A DNA stretch of 51,575 bases, counting the filler, from Jimgerdemannia flammicorona (taxonomy: Eukaryota), in the NCBI GenBank assembly GCA_003990765.1. It is 2 parts of 2 records of this genome, joined end to end, with 100 filler letters (N's around TTAATTAATTAA, not from the genome) between each part and the next. Parts side by side here need not be neighbours in the genome. Positions count along the whole stretch, not along the records: positions 25,850 to 51,575 come from RBNJ01000799.1; 1 more part is not named here. The stretch is one strand, 5' to 3'. The stretch's first letter is position 1, and every line of letters starts with the position of its first letter. The position numbers were made by a program, and so were the translations under genes. The notes below the pieces were generated by a model, which ran no database searches, was not told the DNA's origin, and saw nothing but the letters and a program-made list of their open reading frames with translations. Of the stretch, positions 47,836 through 51,575 are shown piece by piece.

Positions 47836-50082
47836 TCATTTCGCCGCCGCTGCTGCAGCCAGTCCTTCCTCCACGCGTTTGCCATACTCGGCATTGGCGC
47901 GCTTGAAATTCGCGACCTGCCGCTTCTGAATGGTGGAGTTGGCGTTCTTGAGGTGACCGACAATGTTGTTGATCAGGTTGTCTCGCTCGCCCGGAGACAT
48001 GACGCTGTTTGAAGATGATCAAGATTTGTCAATAAAGCAGCAACTGGAGCTACACAGAAGATGAAGAGAGGCCACACTTACCGATACAGATTACCGGCCT
48101 GCACGAAATCGTCGTCAGTCAGTTCGTACGTGAACCGGCCCGTAAATCCTGAGACGGCGACAGCAAGGCTAGCGCCTTTAATGTTTTGCTCCCTGGGTCC
48201 TGTCTGGAATGAGTTGGGTTCGTAGTTCGGCGCAGATCCTTGGTTGCCGTTGACGGTCATGGGGCTGCAGACGAGTCAATACAAATAAACAGGATGAGAT
48301 GCATTTTTCTAACTGGAATAATATTTATATTGAAATTGCTGGCTCACCCATCACGTTGGTGGTTCGCGACGCCGCCTTTGACGCGGTATGGCGAGTTTAT
48401 CGGGATTTGTAGGTAGTTGGGGCCTAGGCGATGGCGATGAGTGTCTGGATAGGAAAAGAGACGACCTTGGAGCATGCGGTCTTCGGAGACGTCGATACCT
48501 GATATTGTTTTTTGAAATGGATGAGATTGTGCATGCAAATTCCCAAAATTTATATACGGAGTGCAAAATTATGTCAACTAATACCAGGGACGATGTGCGA
48601 GGGCGCGAATGCCGCCTGTTCCGTTTCAGCGAAATAGTTTTGAGGATTGCGGTCCAGGACAAGCTTGCCGACTAGAATGTGAATATCATGACGTTAATAC
48701 GCACGACTCAACGTAAATTCACACACTTTATTCCCTGCAATTAGTACTTACCAGGAATTAAAGGGTAGTCCCTATGCGGCCAAACTTTGGTCACGTCGAA
48801 TATGTTCCAACGGTACGTCTCCGCGTCCTTGGGCTCCATAATCTGAACAAAAACGCTCCAGGATGGGAAGTCGCCGCGTTCGATCGCGTTGAACAGATCC
48901 TCGGTCGCGTGGTCCGGGTTTTCACCATTCAGCTTGACAGCTTCCGCGTCTGTCAGGTTTCGGATGCCCTGGTCGGTTCTAAAGTGCCACTTGACGTATT
49001 TGAAGTTGCCTACGTTAAAGAATGAGAAAAGCAGTAGCGCGATTAGTATTGGTGTGCCGTGATCGGGTATGCGATGGTGGGGAATGAAATGGCGCATACC
49101 GTCGTGGTCAACGAGCTTGAAGGTGTGCGAGGAGAAGCCATGCATGTGGCGGTAGCTCTACGTCAATGATATTACATAAATTCATCAGAGGACGACGCCA
49201 AAGGGCAAACCAAGATGCTATTTCAATCAAGATGCTACTAACATAGGGCGTCCCGCGGTCAGAGAACAGAATAGTCACTTGATGAATCGACTCGGGCACA
49301 AGCGACAGGAAATCCCAGAATGCATCGGCATCCTTCAGGTTGGTCTGTGGGTTGCGCTTCTGGGTATGGATGAAGTCTTGGGTACCACAATGTAAAAATT
49401 GCATGTCAGCCTAGCCAGAATTAGAGTTACAATCGCCCAAGCCAAATTTCAACTTTACCTGGGAACTTGAGAGGATCGCGAATGAAAAATATAGGTGTGT
49501 TGTTGCCAACCATGTCCCAGTTCCCCTCCTCCGTATAAAACTTGATGGCAAATCCCCTGGGATCCCTCGCGGTATCCGCGCTGCCCTTCTCACCGCCGAC
49601 AGTAGAGAATCGGGCGAAAACGGGCGTGCGCTTGCCGACCTCGCTCAGGAAGTCTGCGCGGGTGTACTTGCTGATGTCGTTGGTAACCTCTGCGATTCAT
49701 CGAAAAGCGTAGATTTAATAATGGTATTGCGTGTCGCGTTCGGAGATGGTCATGACTGCGGTCTGTTCTTACCGAAGTAACCATGGGCGCCGGCACCCTT
49801 GGCGTGGACGACACGCTCGGGGATGCGTTCGCGATCGAAGTGGGCTAATTTATCAATCAAGTGAAAATCTGAAATCAAGCTAGTGGGTTTTCAAGGAATC
49901 GACACATACGAAGGTGATCAATTTGCATTCAAACCAAAGGAGCTGGCTGTAACACAACGCACCAATCCTTGAAAAGAGGCAGGTGTTACTTCTTACACAG
50001 GGCCATTAACACCAGCGGTCACTGACGTCTGATTGTTGTCGACGGGGTTCCCGTTGGATGTGGTCAGAACGTGCGAAGTCAT
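47836..50082 (-). CDS. cat: Monofunctional small-subunit haem catalase, 487 aa; exons 50082-49997, 49879-49773, 49689-49459, 49376-49243, 49157-49100, 49009-48752, 48671-48585, 48498-48348, 48264-48082, 48004-47836
   Basis: [15 protein letters not shown] (distal His), [18 protein letters not shown] (Asn), [14 protein letters not shown] (proximal Tyr); nine GT..AG introns give an open 1464-nt CDS. Confidence 0.97.
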
Positions 50083-50156
50083 TTTTGCTACTGTTTGGTG
50101 TTCTTTGTTTCGATTTGATAGAAGCGACATGCAACCCCACCACGCGTTCCACGCTT

Positions 50157-50163
50157 TTTTATA
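50157..50163 (-). promoter_or_regulatory. Candidate TATA box of the catalase gene
   Basis: TATAAAA on the minus strand ~75 nt upstream of the ATG. Confidence 0.55.
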
Positions 50164-50866
50164 CTCTTGTAAGGCGCTATCCACAATTCGCACGCCATCC
50201 TCTATCGGTAACACCCCAAATTATTTTAGGGCCGACTGTATGGCATTGCGTGCGCGAACGGCGATTTTCCGCGACTCAGCGAAAAGTTGAAAATTGATCC
50301 AAACGAACGTCCGAAGCGCCCGTCGATCTAATTACTGTATCAGGCTAAAGCCGTTTAGAGAATGACATACCTTCTGACGTATTTCTTCCATGGACTAGAA
50401 CGCCACGGGCTCTGAAATAGACATACATGGATTGATACCTTTGTGTGCTGAAACGTTATCGAGCATCTCGTGAGAATGCATGCATTTGTCAGCATATTGG
50501 AGCGTTATTCACCATTGCGGAGAATAAGTTCTATTGTCCATCTTTTCCTTCAGCAGAGCGGCGCCAAGACAATACGGCGGTGTTTTCATTTCCCCTCCAG
50601 CGACTTCCCACCTCTGCGTTATTGCTTTCTTGGCCTCTAATGGTCGCGCAGACTGTTGTTTGAACTTTGGTACTCAATTACAAATCCGAGAAGCATAGTT
50701 AAATGTCACGCCGCGATCGCCAAAACCTTGGACAAAACCTAGCTACCAGACGGCTCTGGAAAACTTGCCACGTTCATTCCAGTGGTACATTTCATTTGGT
50801 CACGCCCTGTTCCAAAAGTGGATTGTGGCTTCTCTGATTGGTGCTCGATTAGACCATAAAGTTGCT

Positions 50867-51440
50867 TTAATCACTCTTGATAAGAAAAAATTGGTTTAAT
50901 GCCTTGCAATCCCTCGGTCGGGATGTGGCAGGCGCCGCATGTCTTGCTTTTGTAAATTTACTTGTGTATGCTTCCGTCCACCAAGAGCGGTGGGGCCATG
51001 TGACCAGATGCGGCGTTGTCCCCTGCGCAATAGACAGCAGCACTGGTTCATAGTGTGCGACGAGCCTCTTGGTGGCGGCCATTTCGATATTGTTGAGGCT
51101 CAGGAAGCCCTCGCGCTGCAAGAGGAGATCTTGGAAGAGGCTGGAAATGCCTTCTTATTGTGAATCTATAACTTGATTGGCCAGAGGAAACGTTGTTGCT
51201 TTTAGTTAACGAAGGAAGAGTTCTTTGAACCTGGTGAGGTCTTCCATCTGCTCCTCCGCTGAACGGTAGTGCCATCAAGAAATACAAATCATTTTTGAGG
51301 ATAGATAAGAGCTTTGTACCGTGATGGAGCTGGTGGAGTGACTCCGTGGGAGGCGATGAGATCGTTCGGAGTTGACTAAAATACTGTCCATCCATTGGAT
51401 CGATCGTGAGGTGCGATGCGGCGGTGTGCGTTTGTGGCAT
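50867..51440 (-). other. Possible fragmentary coding region, unidentified
   Basis: Two overlapping minus-strand ORFs (51048-51440, 50867-51121); no motif recognised. Confidence 0.2.
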
Positions 51441-51575
51441 TTTAAGGGGAAACGCAGATCGCTCCAGAGATTTCTGATGTATTTTGTAATTAGGGGCGGA
51501 TAGTTATGGGCAAAAACACGAAGCAAGGCATAAGAAATGAGTTTCAGTCTTGGTCATGTCTTTTTTTTTTTTTTT

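Overview
Eukaryotic, very probably fungal DNA; an early-diverging lineage such as Mucoromycota is my inference from gene style only. It falls into two sharply separated halves. Positions 1 to ~30,030 are a nested transposon graveyard almost free of CpG. It holds two related Ty3/Gypsy elements that both carry a dUTPase and a shared Cys/His motif between protease and RT; one is complete (7647-16393) with ~1.5-kb ORF-bearing LTRs and a CTAG target-site duplication. It also holds a third Gypsy RT/RNase H fragment, a decayed hAT transposase split by insertions, a Copia fragment, four pieces of a G-rich L1/Tx1-like LINE family, a tail-only retro-insertion and an assembly gap. Positions ~30,030-51,575 are CpG-normal genic DNA: a frameshifted F-box-like gene, an intact BTB-SPRY gene and its pseudogenised tandem duplicate, a 598-aa orphan ORF with 20-aa repeats, an F-box/LRR gene and a 10-exon catalase. 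The most interesting signals are (i) a TE-restricted C-to-T process that hits CpG and CpA but appears to spare TpCpG, and (ii) the 'complex' Gypsy architecture with accessory ORFs running into and within the LTR. All counts and alignments were done by eye.
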